64,000 nt of DNA from an uncultured Clostridia bacterium (GCA_947581635.1 CANPVE010000009.1:15158-79157), one strand, 5' to 3'. Positions 44,650-55,126 are shown, counted from the first letter of the stretch. Numbers and translations are program-made. The notes: generated from the sequence alone by a model not told the origin.

Positions 44650-45423
44650 TCAACCGAGCCGTGAGAATTTATTGGTTGAGAATGCCTTGGATGGCACCTC
44701 CAGCGGGACAACCTCGACAAAGACCGCCGTATGCTTTGATGAGATATGTCTGTCCTTGTGCTGCGAACCAAAAAACCAATGCTTATATTTTACGCGACCA
44801 CAAAGCTCGTCAAAAAACGCCGTCAGCGAATTAAAATTGTTTATGTTGCCCGACAGCATATCCTTTATCTTGGTGGGACATTCGTGCGTTATGATATAAT
44901 CCACCGTAAGCGAGTGTTCATAAAGCTTATTTGCGGCAGCCTCCATCTCCTTTACATCGGGGGTTTCCTCACTCCACCAGCGCATACCCCGGCTCAAGCG
45001 CAGTTCCGCGTCATCGCTGCACCCGCCGCCCATGGTGAATATTTTCTGTCCCTCTATCTCAAACACCTGTCCGCGACAGAGGTGGAAAACATTGCTGTTT
45101 ACCCTGTGTATCTGCCCTCCGCACCACGTCTCCTCGGGATAGCTGTAGAGCTTGTCGAAATTTTCGTGACAGCCGTCCACAAAAAGTATCCTGTATTTCT
45201 GGCGCTCCATAAACTGAAGTATCTTTTCTTCCTGAGCGTCGCCGTTCCAGATAAATCCGAAATCCCCACATATTATCAGGATATCTCCGCTGCGCAGTTT
45301 GTCAAACTGCTTTTCTTCAAAACGCGATACACTTCCATGCATATCGCCTGTCACATATATCAACTCAACACCGCCTTTGTCCGCTGCTTCAAATTGGCCG
45401 TCAATAAATTGCCGACGAAGCAA
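44650..45423 (-). CDS. calcineurin-like metallophosphoesterase
   Basis: Contains YVTGDMHG, IICGDFGF and VDGCHENF. Confidence 0.8.
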   Translation of the reverse strand: MLRRQFIDGQFEAADKGGVELIYVTGDMHGSVSRFEEKQFDKLRSGDILIICGDFGFIWNGDAQEEKILQFMERQKYRILFVDGCHENFDKLYSYPEETWCGGQIHRVNSNVFHLCRGQVFEIEGQKIFTMGGGCSDDAELRLSRGMRWWSEETPDVKEMEAAANKLYEHSLTVDYIITHECPTKIKDMLSGNINNFNSLTAFFDELCGRVKYKHWFFGSQHKDRHISSKHTAVFVEVVPLEVPSKAFSTNKFSRLG

Positions 45424-45652
45424 TGTAATTTCCGTTTTTGATATTATACATCATTCATAGCCGATTGGTAAAGAGCTTTCCTTATTATACAACAAAAAAA
45501 TCATTAAAACAACGTCAAATCAGTATTTTTTATATATTTACTTTTAATTTACTTTTATATCACTTTTATTATGCGAGTTTATATGGTATAATGTTATGCA
45601 GACTGGAGAAAATAAAAATTATTTGAAAAAATTAAGGAACGGTGAACTCGAA

Positions 45653-47092
45653 ATGAAATCCATTAGCCGACATATGGGTAAAACAGGCAAAAAACTCACG
45701 GCCTTGACTGCGCTGCTGCTCGCATCGTTTATATCGATGTCGTCGCTCATAGCTCCAAAACAGGTGTATGCCGCTTTTCGTACGGAATACAAGACCCACT
45801 GCGACACCATTTATATGATGAACATGGACACCGGTACTGTCGTGTACGAACAGGATCCCGACAAGATAAAGCTCCCCGCTTCGCTCACCAAGATGATGAC
45901 CTGCATCATAGCCTACGAGCGTGCGGATTCGCTCGACGAAATGGTGGTTGTCGATTCCCGCGCCGTACGTTTTGTCAATTACAACACAGAGGGCGTTACA
46001 GGTGTTTGGACCAACATCAAGGTAAACGAACGCTTCACTCTGCGCGACTTGATATACGAAGCACTTGTGGCATCAGAAAACTGCGCCGCCGAGGCGATAG
46101 GCTACTACATAAGCAAGCAGTACTACGGCAGCGACTCCAATCAGGAATTTATCGACTTCATGAATGACCGCGCCGTGGAAATAGGCTGCACCAATACAAA
46201 ATTTAAATGTGCGTCGGGACTCACTACAGACATAGAGAATCATCACTCCACCGCCCACGACATGGCTCTCATAGCGCAGCACCTCATGAATATTCCGGAG
46301 CTTGCCGAAATAGCCTACACCCCGCGCTCTTACGGCATAAAGCCCACCAACAAACACGACGAGGTGCAGACGGTAATTTCCACCAATCTGCTCATACGCG
46401 AAGGTGAAAAGGGCGCCGACGGCACGGATTATTTCTATCAGTACTGCGAGGGCGTGAAAACGGGTTTCCTCTCTGCGTCGGGACACTGTTTCGCGGCATA
46501 TGCCAAGAAAAGCGGATACCGATATATATGCGTACTTCTGGACGACGGAGCAAAGTCCTCAAAAGAGACCAATATGGCATTTGTAGATGCTAAAAATCTG
46601 TTCGAATGGGCGTTTGACAACCTTTATCTCGTGGATATATATAGCACCAACGTGCCTATCGACGAGCTGGATTTAAAGCTGGCGTGGAACAAGGATAAGA
46701 TAGTGGCCGTCCCCCGCGATAACTTCAGCGCGCTGCTGCCCAAGGGCGTTGAGGCGTCAAGCGTCATTAAAAAAGTGGTGCGGGACAGCGACGTGGTCTC
46801 CGCTCCCGTCAAAAAAGGGGACAAGCTGGGTACCGCCTATCTCAGCTATGACGGCGAGAACATAGGTGAAATCGACCTGGTGGCTGACGAGTCTGTGGAG
46901 CGCAGCACCCTGCTTTACGTGCTCGACACGATAAACAACATCTTCGCCTCCACTGCGGTCAGAATACTGCTGGTACTCATAGTTATCGCCATAATAGTCT
47001 ATATTGTGGTCTCATACTCGCGCAAGCAGAAAATGGACAGCCTCAAGAGGAATGTCTCGCGCCGCAAGGCAAGGAGACGCAACTATCGATGA
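45653..47092 (+). CDS. serine-type D-Ala-D-Ala carboxypeptidase (PBP5/S11 family)
   Basis: Signal peptide, then SLTKMMT (SxxK), ASEN (SxN) and VKTG (KTG), plus a C-terminal TM anchor. ATG at 45653 after TAAGGAAC. Confidence 0.88.
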   Translation: MKSISRHMGKTGKKLTALTALLLASFISMSSLIAPKQVYAAFRTEYKTHCDTIYMMNMDTGTVVYEQDPDKIKLPASLTKMMTCIIAYERADSLDEMVVVDSRAVRFVNYNTEGVTGVWTNIKVNERFTLRDLIYEALVASENCAAEAIGYYISKQYYGSDSNQEFIDFMNDRAVEIGCTNTKFKCASGLTTDIENHHSTAHDMALIAQHLMNIPELAEIAYTPRSYGIKPTNKHDEVQTVISTNLLIREGEKGADGTDYFYQYCEGVKTGFLSASGHCFAAYAKKSGYRYICVLLDDGAKSSKETNMAFVDAKNLFEWAFDNLYLVDIYSTNVPIDELDLKLAWNKDKIVAVPRDNFSALLPKGVEASSVIKKVVRDSDVVSAPVKKGDKLGTAYLSYDGENIGEIDLVADESVERSTLLYVLDTINNIFASTAVRILLVLIVIAIIVYIVVSYSRKQKMDSLKRNVSRRKARRRNYR

Positions 47093-47157
47093 TTTTGTTA
47101 AATTAACATTAATAGATTATTAGATAAATATTAATAAAGTTCAGAAAGGAGAGTATT

Positions 47158-47775
47158 ATGTATCACACACACGATTGTAAAAGTGACGTGAGTCGCACAT
47201 CCCGCGCTGTGGAGAGAATCTTTGCACTGTTCATGATAGTGTGCATAATGTCATCTATGGTGTCATGCGGAGATGATACGACAGATGATAAGAACTTAAC
47301 TGAAAATCTGGTCAAAAGCTATATGCAGTCCTTCCGCGACTACAACATATCCAAAATGAACGGCAGCAGCCTTTTTAAATTTGAATCGTACAATGACAGC
47401 GACGAGGTGGACGCCGCCTGCAAGCTGTTGGCCTCCAATGTAAGCTGGACAATTGACGGGATAAGCGTGAGCGGAAATTCCGCCATAGCCCAAGTCACCA
47501 TGACAGTGCCGGTCGATTTTGAAGGCATATGCCGTGATGCGTTAGACGACGCTATGCTTCAAATTGAGCAGGATTCACATCGTCTGCCCGCTGAGGTGAT
47601 AAATTTGTCGATAAAAAAATTCGCCAATAAGGCGGATAAAACTTCTGTTTCGTCTGAGATATCCATGAGCAAGGTCAACAACAAATGGTATATTTCCAAG
47701 TCGCAGGATGTTATCGAGATAATTTCTGAGATACGCGCGCCTGTTGCCGCAATTTATTCGGTGATCGGACAATAG
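47158..47775 (+). CDS. putative lipoprotein
   Basis: Hydrophobic leader ending in the lipobox-like SMVSC-GDD. An SD AAAGGAGAG lies upstream. Confidence 0.6.
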   Translation: MYHTHDCKSDVSRTSRAVERIFALFMIVCIMSSMVSCGDDTTDDKNLTENLVKSYMQSFRDYNISKMNGSSLFKFESYNDSDEVDAACKLLASNVSWTIDGISVSGNSAIAQVTMTVPVDFEGICRDALDDAMLQIEQDSHRLPAEVINLSIKKFANKADKTSVSSEISMSKVNNKWYISKSQDVIEIISEIRAPVAAIYSVIGQ

Positions 47776-47846
47776 ACGCAGCAACGGCGGCCAATATGAG
47801 TCAGTTCACAACTTTGTAGATATGTAATAAAAGTTATTTCCAAAAG

Positions 47847-47894
47847 CAGATAACACTTTATACTTCTCGGCTTTAATTCACAAAGTGTTATCTG
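47847..47894. repeat. 13-bp perfect inverted repeat with a 22-nt spacer
   Basis: CAGATAACACTTT (47847-47859) pairs with AAAGTGTTATCTG (47882-47894). No T-tract follows on either strand. Confidence 0.8.
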
Positions 47895-48065
47895 GCAGTT
47901 AATATAATGTTAATAATATACCTTTATACTAAATGACAGTAACGGACGTCAGACGAACCCCTCTTGAGGTTCTTGAATATTTTAAAAAGTTGGCGCTGGC
48001 ACAATCCGTTATGATCTCAATTTGACTACACCTACTCCTATCCCTTTTTTGATACTCTTTTCTGA

Positions 48066-48110
48066 CACAAGGCGGGCGGCATTTTTGTCGTCCGCCTTGT
48101 GCCTTTTGTC
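48066..48110 (+). terminator. rho-independent terminator-like hairpin 80 nt upstream of luxS
   Basis: CACAAGGCGGGCG (48066-48078) pairs with CGTCCGCCTTGTG (48089-48101), giving 12 of 13 pairs. CCTTTTGTC follows. Confidence 0.5.
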
Positions 48111-48190
48111 AAATTGTTGTGCGTTGTACTGTGATTAGGATCCTTCGCGAGGATTTTTAATTTATAATTTTTTAAAGGAGATTTGTTTCA

Positions 48191-48643
48191 ATGAAAAAGA
48201 TCGCCAGTTTCACAATAGATCATACAAAGCTCATGCCCGGGATATACATTTCCCGCATAGACGGCGACATCGTCACCTATGATCTGAGAGTGTGCCGCCC
48301 CAACCACCCACCGTTCATGGAGACGCCCGCCATACACACCATCGAGCATATATTCGCCACTCTTGCGCGCAACTCAGCCATGAGCGACGATGTGATCTAC
48401 TTCGGGCCGATGGGCTGTCGGACAGGCTTCTACCTGCTGGTCAGGAACCCTGACCACGAGGCCGTTATAGCTCTCATCAAAGAGATACTCGCAAAAATAT
48501 CCGAATGGCAGGACGAGATCCCCGGCGCTTCCGCCAATGAATGCGGCAATTATCTGGAGCACGACCTCGACGCCGCCAGGAAATACGCACGCGATTACTT
48601 GTCGAAAATCAGAGATTGGGACACAAGCAAACTAAGTTATTGA
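48191..48643 (+). CDS. luxS: S-ribosylhomocysteine lyase
   Basis: HTIEHIFAT (the HxxEH metal site) and GPMGCRTGFY. The 150-aa size is right. Confidence 0.95.
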   Translation: MKKIASFTIDHTKLMPGIYISRIDGDIVTYDLRVCRPNHPPFMETPAIHTIEHIFATLARNSAMSDDVIYFGPMGCRTGFYLLVRNPDHEAVIALIKEILAKISEWQDEIPGASANECGNYLEHDLDAARKYARDYLSKIRDWDTSKLSY

Positions 48644-48960
48644 CAAATATGCACTTCGTTTTTTGTGCATTATACATTTAATATTCCCCCGAAGGGCTTG
48701 GATTTATGCCTAGAATGCAGAAATTGGCTCTTCGGGGTTGAATTATTACAAATTTGTAGTATAATACATTTACATTGTAACGAGTTTGTAATATAATTCA
48801 GGCGGAGTGAAAACATAAATTACGGATCTCATGCCGCCAATGCTCACTGATGATGCCAACGCTGCACATATCAATATCGGAATTATCCAAAACATTCCCC
48901 TCAAAAAATTAGCAGCAACATAAAGCAGTCAGGCACACCTTAAAAGGAGAGTGATATACA

Positions 48961-50685
48961 GTGAGTATTTTTAATTCCAAAAATGCCGGGTCCGAGAGGG
49001 CGGCAAAAAACAAATGCGTGGAAAAAAGCGGGAAAATCAAAAAATACAGTATGTTCCAAAAAATCTTCAGAATTCTCTGCTATGTTGGTCTTAAGATCCA
49101 ATTCAAGACCTATAATCTCCGACGGCGGTTCAGGAAGTTCCTGTTCCCGCTGGGTCAGCGGATAACGGCGTTTGCCGGCAGATGTATTGTGGAGCCTGTG
49201 TGCGGGGCAGCCCGTGAATTTTGCGATATATGCGTGGAGGTGGCCAAGATTCCCGCGAGGGCAAGGGGGTTGAAAAAGAAATCCGGCAATAAGACCCTGT
49301 CTTCCGGCATTAAACGCACCGCCGGTTTGCTGCACGACGAGCGTATGCTTCACAAGGACTTCTTCAGCGGCGTATTCAACACCGTTCTTCCGATAATCTG
49401 TATAGGTGCGCTCATAAGTGTGGCATTTTATGTCACTTCCTCAAATCGCGCTATAGAAGTCTCTTATAATGGCAAATTGCTTGGCTACATAGAAGACGAA
49501 AAAGTATATAACGACGCTATCCAACTGCTCAGGCAGCGTATGGCCAACAGCAGCGACGACTACATATCTACAATGACCCCCACATATTCTCTGTCAGCCA
49601 CAGATGCCGGCGTAAATATGACTGCAGAGTCACTTTGCGAAGCAATACTGGCGGACAGCCGCAATGTGGACGACGCGTACGGACTTTACATAGACGGCGA
49701 GCTTTGTGCCGCCGCCAAAAGCTACGGAGACATTCAATTTATAATGGAGACTTTCCTTGACAAATACAAAACCGGCACACCGGGCGAAAGCGTAGCCTTT
49801 ATGGGCAAGACCGAGATAGTCAAGGGATTGTACGACGCAGATAAAATAGTATCCTCCGAAAATTTTGAGAAGACTATATCCACCAAGCGCACTGAAACCC
49901 AGGTTTACACCGTGATGCCGGGCGATACGGCGGAATCCATAGCAAACATAGCCAATATGTCATACGATCGCCTGATGGCTCTCAACGAGAATTTGAGCGA
50001 CGTCCCCGAGGAGGGCAGCTCGGTGCTGCTCGAGAAGGAGTTGCCTGTGCTGGCGGTCCAGACCGTGCGGAACGTAACGGTTGAGGAGAAAATCCCCTAC
50101 TCAAAGAAAACCGTAAAGGACGACACACAATACACTACATATTCAAAATGCGTGACAAAGGGCGAGAACGGCGTCAGAGAGATTGTGCAGCAGGTCACGG
50201 AGATCAACGGAGTTCAGGTCGCCTGCGACGTATTGTATTCCACTGTCGTCAAGCAGCCTGTGGACGCGGTATACGTCGTCGGCACCAAGAAGGCGAGCAG
50301 AGTTGGTTCGGGCGCTTTCACATGGCCCGTGCCTGGCGTGAAAACCATTTCTTCTCCCTACGGCTACAGATGGGGACGTCTCCACAAGGGCGTTGACATC
50401 TCCACCTCGGGCATATACGGGCGAACAGTGGTCGCCGCCGACTCAGGTGTTGTCACTGTCAAAAATTCAGCTACAGGCTATGGTCTACATATAATCATAT
50501 CCCATGGAAACAGCTATTCCACCTGCTACGCTCACCTGAGCGCGGTCAACGTAAAGACGGGCGACGTGGTCGCCAAAGGGCAGGCAATAGCCAAAGTGGG
50601 CAATTCCGGATCATCAACAGGTCCGCATCTTCACTTCGAGATACGCAAGAATAATGTTCCGGGCAACCCGATGAACTACTTTTAA
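48961..50685 (+). CDS. M23 peptidoglycan DD-metalloendopeptidase with LysM and G5-like domains
   Basis: LysM: YTVMPGDTAESIA. M23: HKGVDIS...GYGLHIIISHGNSYSTCYAHLS...GNSGSSTGPHLHFEI. GTG start with an SD AAGGAGAG. Confidence 0.88.
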   Translation: MSIFNSKNAGSERAAKNKCVEKSGKIKKYSMFQKIFRILCYVGLKIQFKTYNLRRRFRKFLFPLGQRITAFAGRCIVEPVCGAAREFCDICVEVAKIPARARGLKKKSGNKTLSSGIKRTAGLLHDERMLHKDFFSGVFNTVLPIICIGALISVAFYVTSSNRAIEVSYNGKLLGYIEDEKVYNDAIQLLRQRMANSSDDYISTMTPTYSLSATDAGVNMTAESLCEAILADSRNVDDAYGLYIDGELCAAAKSYGDIQFIMETFLDKYKTGTPGESVAFMGKTEIVKGLYDADKIVSSENFEKTISTKRTETQVYTVMPGDTAESIANIANMSYDRLMALNENLSDVPEEGSSVLLEKELPVLAVQTVRNVTVEEKIPYSKKTVKDDTQYTTYSKCVTKGENGVREIVQQVTEINGVQVACDVLYSTVVKQPVDAVYVVGTKKASRVGSGAFTWPVPGVKTISSPYGYRWGRLHKGVDISTSGIYGRTVVAADSGVVTVKNSATGYGLHIIISHGNSYSTCYAHLSAVNVKTGDVVAKGQAIAKVGNSGSSTGPHLHFEIRKNNVPGNPMNYF

Positions 50686-50700
50686 ATAAATTGACAAGAA

Positions 50701-50754
50701 AATCGGAGACATTCGCACACATTAAACGCTGAATGTCTCCGATTTTGCTTTTTT
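50701..50754. terminator. bidirectional rho-independent terminator
   Basis: Perfect 14-bp stem: AATCGGAGACATTC (50701-50714) with GAATGTCTCCGATT (50731-50744). TTGCTTTTTT follows on the + strand and TTTCTTGTC on the - strand. Confidence 0.85.
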
Positions 50755-50818
50755 ATAAATTTATATATATTATAATATTACGCCTGCCTCCCCAACAGGA
50801 TCACAGGGCACAATGTGG

Positions 50819-52081
50819 TTAAATAAGCCTTCTCAGATCGAGTTCAACTCCCTGATACGCATTATCGGTCGTATTATCTTCCTCAGCCGGCTTGAGCCTC
50901 GGGCTGTATTCGCCGAGGATCTTATCATAGCTCTCTATGATATGCTCGGGGACCTCATAGTCGCTGGTGATCGTCTTGTCGTAGTTATCGTAAACCTCCA
51001 GCATATCCCTGTAGCCCCTCATAAAGGCATCGACCACAGCGGGATCGAATTTTTTGCCGCTCTCGTCAATTATAGTGGAATACAACCTGTTCATTTCCCA
51101 GCCTTTTTTGTAACTGCGCGCAGTCACTAGAGTATCGAACATATCCGCCAGGGCTATTATCTGAGCGCCCCGGTCTATCTCCTCGCCCTTCTTTCCGAGA
51201 TATCCCGTGCCGTCCCAGTTCTCATGATGATCGAGCGCCATTCTGCGCGCCGTCTCCATAATTTCACCGGTTGCTTCGTACAGCAGTTCCTCGCCCGCGA
51301 CAACGTGAGTTTTCATGATGGCAGATTCCTCGTCGTTGAGCGAGCTTTCCTGCTTCAGTATCTCCGGCGGGATAAGTATCTTGCCTATATCGTGCATTAT
51401 TGCGGCAATTCTGATAACTTCTATCTCCCTCTCCGACATATCCAAGTTGCTCGCCAGTATCCGACTGTATTCCGTCATGCGCCTGACGTGCTGACTGACT
51501 TGTCCCGATTTGGTTTCACTGACCTCAGCATACTGGAAGATAATGCTCTCATATACCTTGAGCATTTCCTCGCTCATCTTCTGAGTGATGCTGCCATGCT
51601 CAAAAATGTAAGATATGCAGTAAAACCCCGCCGCTATAAATACATACATGACATTCATGTTGAAACCCACGCGTATATGAAAGAAGATTCCCATGGCAAC
51701 CTGCACGCCGATAGGCAGGATAGAGAGCATCATCAGCATCACCGCAATCGCTCGGATGGCCTTGATATTGCTGCGAACAAACGGAGACTGCCCCCGATAA
51801 ACTCTCAAAAATATGGTAGACGTCGTCACCGTGAGCAACATCATCAGAGTTGAGGCTACCAATTGATTCACTCGGTCGAGCGTCACGTTGTCCACTGTGT
51901 AATCCATAAAGTCCCCGTAGGCAACAACTCCATTATAAATTGCGATGTTGAGGAACACTACCGCCGCGACAAGCATCGTTATGCCTACAATCAAACATAT
52001 TCTGCGAAGCCGCGCATTGACATAAGCCAATCTGACTGAAAGCTGTATTTCGTGACTTTCGGAGTCTTTTAATTTATCCAT
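50819..52081 (-). CDS. membrane-bound HD-GYP-type phosphodiesterase
   Basis: Five to six N-terminal TM helices, then HDIGKILIP and HHENWDGTGYLG. The last motif is the HD-GYP signature with Leu in place of the final Pro. Confidence 0.8.
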   Translation of the reverse strand: MDKLKDSESHEIQLSVRLAYVNARLRRICLIVGITMLVAAVVFLNIAIYNGVVAYGDFMDYTVDNVTLDRVNQLVASTLMMLLTVTTSTIFLRVYRGQSPFVRSNIKAIRAIAVMLMMLSILPIGVQVAMGIFFHIRVGFNMNVMYVFIAAGFYCISYIFEHGSITQKMSEEMLKVYESIIFQYAEVSETKSGQVSQHVRRMTEYSRILASNLDMSEREIEVIRIAAIMHDIGKILIPPEILKQESSLNDEESAIMKTHVVAGEELLYEATGEIMETARRMALDHHENWDGTGYLGKKGEEIDRGAQIIALADMFDTLVTARSYKKGWEMNRLYSTIIDESGKKFDPAVVDAFMRGYRDMLEVYDNYDKTITSDYEVPEHIIESYDKILGEYSPRLKPAEEDNTTDNAYQGVELDLRRLI

Positions 52082-52328
52082 CGTATCACCTTTCTTTGCG
52101 TAAATTTATATGCAAAAGCGCTGGGGGAATTCAATAAAATGTAAAGCATCGGCCTTTTACAGTTAATATTTAATCACTTTTCTACAAAAAAATCAATAGT
52201 TATTGAAAATAATATGCCGCAGCGCCGAAGCTGCCTGCACCAACGGGAGCAGTCGCACTGCAAAAAGCCCTCCGAAAAGGCAAACCCAATCGGAGGGGTA
52301 CAAAAGCCCAATAGCAAATTTGGCAAAA

Positions 52329-52952
52329 TTATTCCTCCGTCGGTGCGGGGACGGGTTCTTTCTTCTTTTTTGTAAATCTATCCGCCACCACTTTGACGAT
52401 ACTGCTGCCCCACAGCCCCATAAGAAAACCAAGTATCATGCCGCAGAGCACATCGCTCGGGTAATGCACTTGCAGATAAAGTCTCGAAAAGGCTATTATC
52501 AGCGCCAACACAAATGCAAGGAAACCCAGCACCGAGCGATCCTTAAAGAGCGCGGTGGAAGCGGCGACGCCCGACATTGTATGACCCGACGGGAATGAAT
52601 AATCCGTGGGCGCGGGGATGAGAAGACGCTCTTTCGGCACAACGGCTCCCGGAAGATCAAACGGGCGCGTACGCATTGCCAGATTTTTGATTATGCCGTT
52701 GCCCACAATAAGACACAGCAACAGCGAAACCGCCATGGAAAAGCCCGTCCGACGGGTCTTTTTTGGAATCATAAACACGATAGACAGCGCTATCCAGACG
52801 ATGCCGGCATCGCCTATTCTGGTCACTACCGGCATGACGGCGTCCAGAATATCGCCTGGCACTCCCCTGCTCATGCTGTGATAAATCGCCCTGAGTATGC
52901 TGATATCAAAGGACGTGATCTGCTCAAGCACATATGTAATAATATCTTCCAT
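52329..52952 (-). CDS. PAP2-family phosphatase (undecaprenyl-diphosphatase/BcrC-like)
   Basis: Contains the KxxxxxxRP, PSGH and SRxxxxxHxxxD motifs (KNLAMRTRP, SFPSGHTM, SRLYLQVHYPSD). Confidence 0.88.
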   Translation of the reverse strand: MEDIITYVLEQITSFDISILRAIYHSMSRGVPGDILDAVMPVVTRIGDAGIVWIALSIVFMIPKKTRRTGFSMAVSLLLCLIVGNGIIKNLAMRTRPFDLPGAVVPKERLLIPAPTDYSFPSGHTMSGVAASTALFKDRSVLGFLAFVLALIIAFSRLYLQVHYPSDVLCGMILGFLMGLWGSSIVKVVADRFTKKKKEPVPAPTEE

Positions 52953-53310
52953 CAGTCAGACCCCTTCCGAAACAAGAGCGGACACGCCGACTGATGTTTC
53001 TCTTTTAATTTTTCACTTCATTGTGTTTACCTCGGATTATAACCTCAGATCACGTTTGACGCTTCAAGGCGTCATCACGCGCATTCACCGAAAAACATAA
53101 CCCAAAACACGACGAAAAAAACCGGAAAATGTAAACAAACCATTTTTCCTTATTAATATAACACATTTGAAGCGCTATTTCAATAATTTTTTTGTGTAAT
53201 TTTAAACGATTTCCAACATTTATTTTTGACTGTAACTACACAAGTTTTTCTTACGCTTGGTGGAGCGTTAAACATTTTACTCTTTATTAAAAAATAAACA
53301 AAATATACTG

Positions 53311-53339
53311 TTGCCCTTTGCAAATTTATGTGATATAAT
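53311..53339 (+). promoter_or_regulatory. orphan promoter-like element on the + strand
   Basis: TTGCCC (53311-53316), a 17-nt spacer, then an extended -10 TGATATAAT (53331-53339). No + strand CDS follows. A GC-rich bulged hairpin (53369-53389) plus AATTTTT lies ~30 nt downstream. Confidence 0.4.
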
Positions 53340-53484
53340 AAAGGAACTCTTGTGCTTGAGTGTTTATCGCCCGGGCAGGGTTTGCCGGCAATTTTTCTCA
53401 ACCGTTTCCGAATATGGGCGGTCATATCCGTATTTTGCATACGTCGCGCTGCCGAGGCAGTGAGCCAACGTCAATTTACAGGAT

Positions 53485-54426
53485 TTAAAGCGCCGCGCCA
53501 AGCACCAGCATTTCGCGCAGGCGGTTATAAAGGAAACGGAATTGACTGAGCGGTATGGGACATTCGCCGCTGCCTATCTCTATGGTAAAGGCAGGCGCGT
53601 GGTATTTTTCCATGAACCAATCCTTTAGTCCCGCCGACGAAGCCGAGAAACCCGGCTCCCTGAGCGCGTATCCCGATGAAGCCGACAATATCCGCGCCAT
53701 CAGGTGCGATTTGGCGGGCGTGAAGTTGCGGTAATTCCAGTATATTTCCTCGCCCTGTGAGTGAAACGCCACGACATGGCGAAATTTTGCACGGCTGCAC
53801 AGTTCCACAACGGCCCTTGTCTCAGGTTCACTCTCGGGGTATTCACCCGTCCAGCCCGCCATTGAGGGACCGCATATCCCGCTGTCCATGGCTATGGCTC
53901 GCATATCGTCCCACGCGGCGTCGAAATTTCTGTTTATATCCACGCCCCGGGCATTTGCCTTCCATTTGCTGCAAAATTCCCTGCTGCGGCAGCGTTCAAA
54001 CAGGTCCTCGCCAAGATATCCCTCCAGCCCTTGACAATCCGCGCCGTTTATTGATATCTCCACACCGTCAGGATTGAGCGCGGGAACGATTATCAACCCG
54101 CGGGCGCTCAGAAGCTTATTGATATCCATATCGCATATCTGTCGGCGATTGGCGCGTGCTGACAGTACATCTTCGGCAAAATACATCATCAGCAGTGTGG
54201 TTATCCATTCTCTGCCGTGTACGCCGCCGCAGTACAGCACGGGCGAATCGAGATTGCCCATCTGCATGGCGTATATTTTCCGCCCGAGCAAACTGTTGCC
54301 TATGGAAGTCACCTCAAACAGATCTCCGTAAGCGGCGCCCAGCTTTTCTATCCAGCCCTTTACCCGAATGTAATCGGGCGGCTTTATACCCACTATCCTA
54401 TCCATATATGCCCAACCGCCTTTCAA
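53485..54426 (-). CDS. M14-family zinc carboxypeptidase (gamma-D-glutamyl-diamino-acid endopeptidase-like)
   Basis: Contains GGVHGREWIT (the HxxE zinc site) and a later H in FHSQGE. Confidence 0.8.
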   Translation of the reverse strand: MKGGWAYMDRIVGIKPPDYIRVKGWIEKLGAAYGDLFEVTSIGNSLLGRKIYAMQMGNLDSPVLYCGGVHGREWITTLLMMYFAEDVLSARANRRQICDMDINKLLSARGLIIVPALNPDGVEISINGADCQGLEGYLGEDLFERCRSREFCSKWKANARGVDINRNFDAAWDDMRAIAMDSGICGPSMAGWTGEYPESEPETRAVVELCSRAKFRHVVAFHSQGEEIYWNYRNFTPAKSHLMARILSASSGYALREPGFSASSAGLKDWFMEKYHAPAFTIEIGSGECPIPLSQFRFLYNRLREMLVLGAAL

Positions 54427-54577
54427 GCCGATTTTGAATTAATTTTTGTGTGACCTGAATTATTATAGATTTTTATGGATTTTGACGCTTCAATTAGGTT
54501 CCGGTTTTTTTCTTTTAATATAATTATGCATTATGCATTTCAAATTATGAATTAAGCCTTATGGAGATGTTGTTATA

Positions 54578-55126
54578 ATGAATCTTGAAGAAAAGACGCT
54601 CAGCGAAACCTACCATTTCAAGGGCAGAATAATCAATCTTCGCGTCGACGACGTGGAGCTGTCGGACGGCAGCAAATCCATACGCGAAATCATAGAACAC
54701 CCCGGAGGGGTGTGTGTGGCGGCTCTTACCACAGACGGAAGGCTGCCGTTTGTGCGGCAGTTCAGATATCCGTACAAAGAAATAGTGACCGAGCTTCCCG
54801 CCGGCAAGCTGGAGAAAGGCGAGGACCCGTTGGACGCGGTAAGACGCGAGCTTGCCGAGGAGGTAGGCGCAGAGGGCAAAAACTGGCGCGGCATGGGCAA
54901 ACTCTATCCCTCGCCCGGTTACTGCGGAGAAATAATACATCTCTACGCCTGCGACATAGACATAGAGGGAGACAGTCACCCCGACGAGGGCGAATTTCTC
55001 GAGGTGGAATACATAAGCCTTGAGGATGCCGTGAAAATGGTGTTAAGCAATCAATTGCCCGACTCAAAGACGCAGACCCTCATTTTGAAGCTTTGGATGG
55101 AGAAGTCTGGGAAAACAAGCGGATGA
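54578..55126 (+). CDS. NUDIX hydrolase (ADP-ribose pyrophosphatase type)
   Basis: The Nudix box is GKLEKGEDPLDAVRRELAEEVG. The N-terminal beta region is typical of NudF/YqkG. Confidence 0.88.
   Translation: MNLEEKTLSETYHFKGRIINLRVDDVELSDGSKSIREIIEHPGGVCVAALTTDGRLPFVRQFRYPYKEIVTELPAGKLEKGEDPLDAVRRELAEEVGAEGKNWRGMGKLYPSPGYCGEIIHLYACDIDIEGDSHPDEGEFLEVEYISLEDAVKMVLSNQLPDSKTQTLILKLWMEKSGKTSG

Noticed and set aside
48644-48960. c-di-AMP (ydaO-type) or other riboswitch in the ~180-nt leader of the M23/LysM peptidase gene
   Set aside because: Such riboswitches often precede wall-hydrolase genes. However, I could not find the conserved ydaO core elements, and only weak short hairpins are present. 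An Rfam scan would be needed to revisit this.
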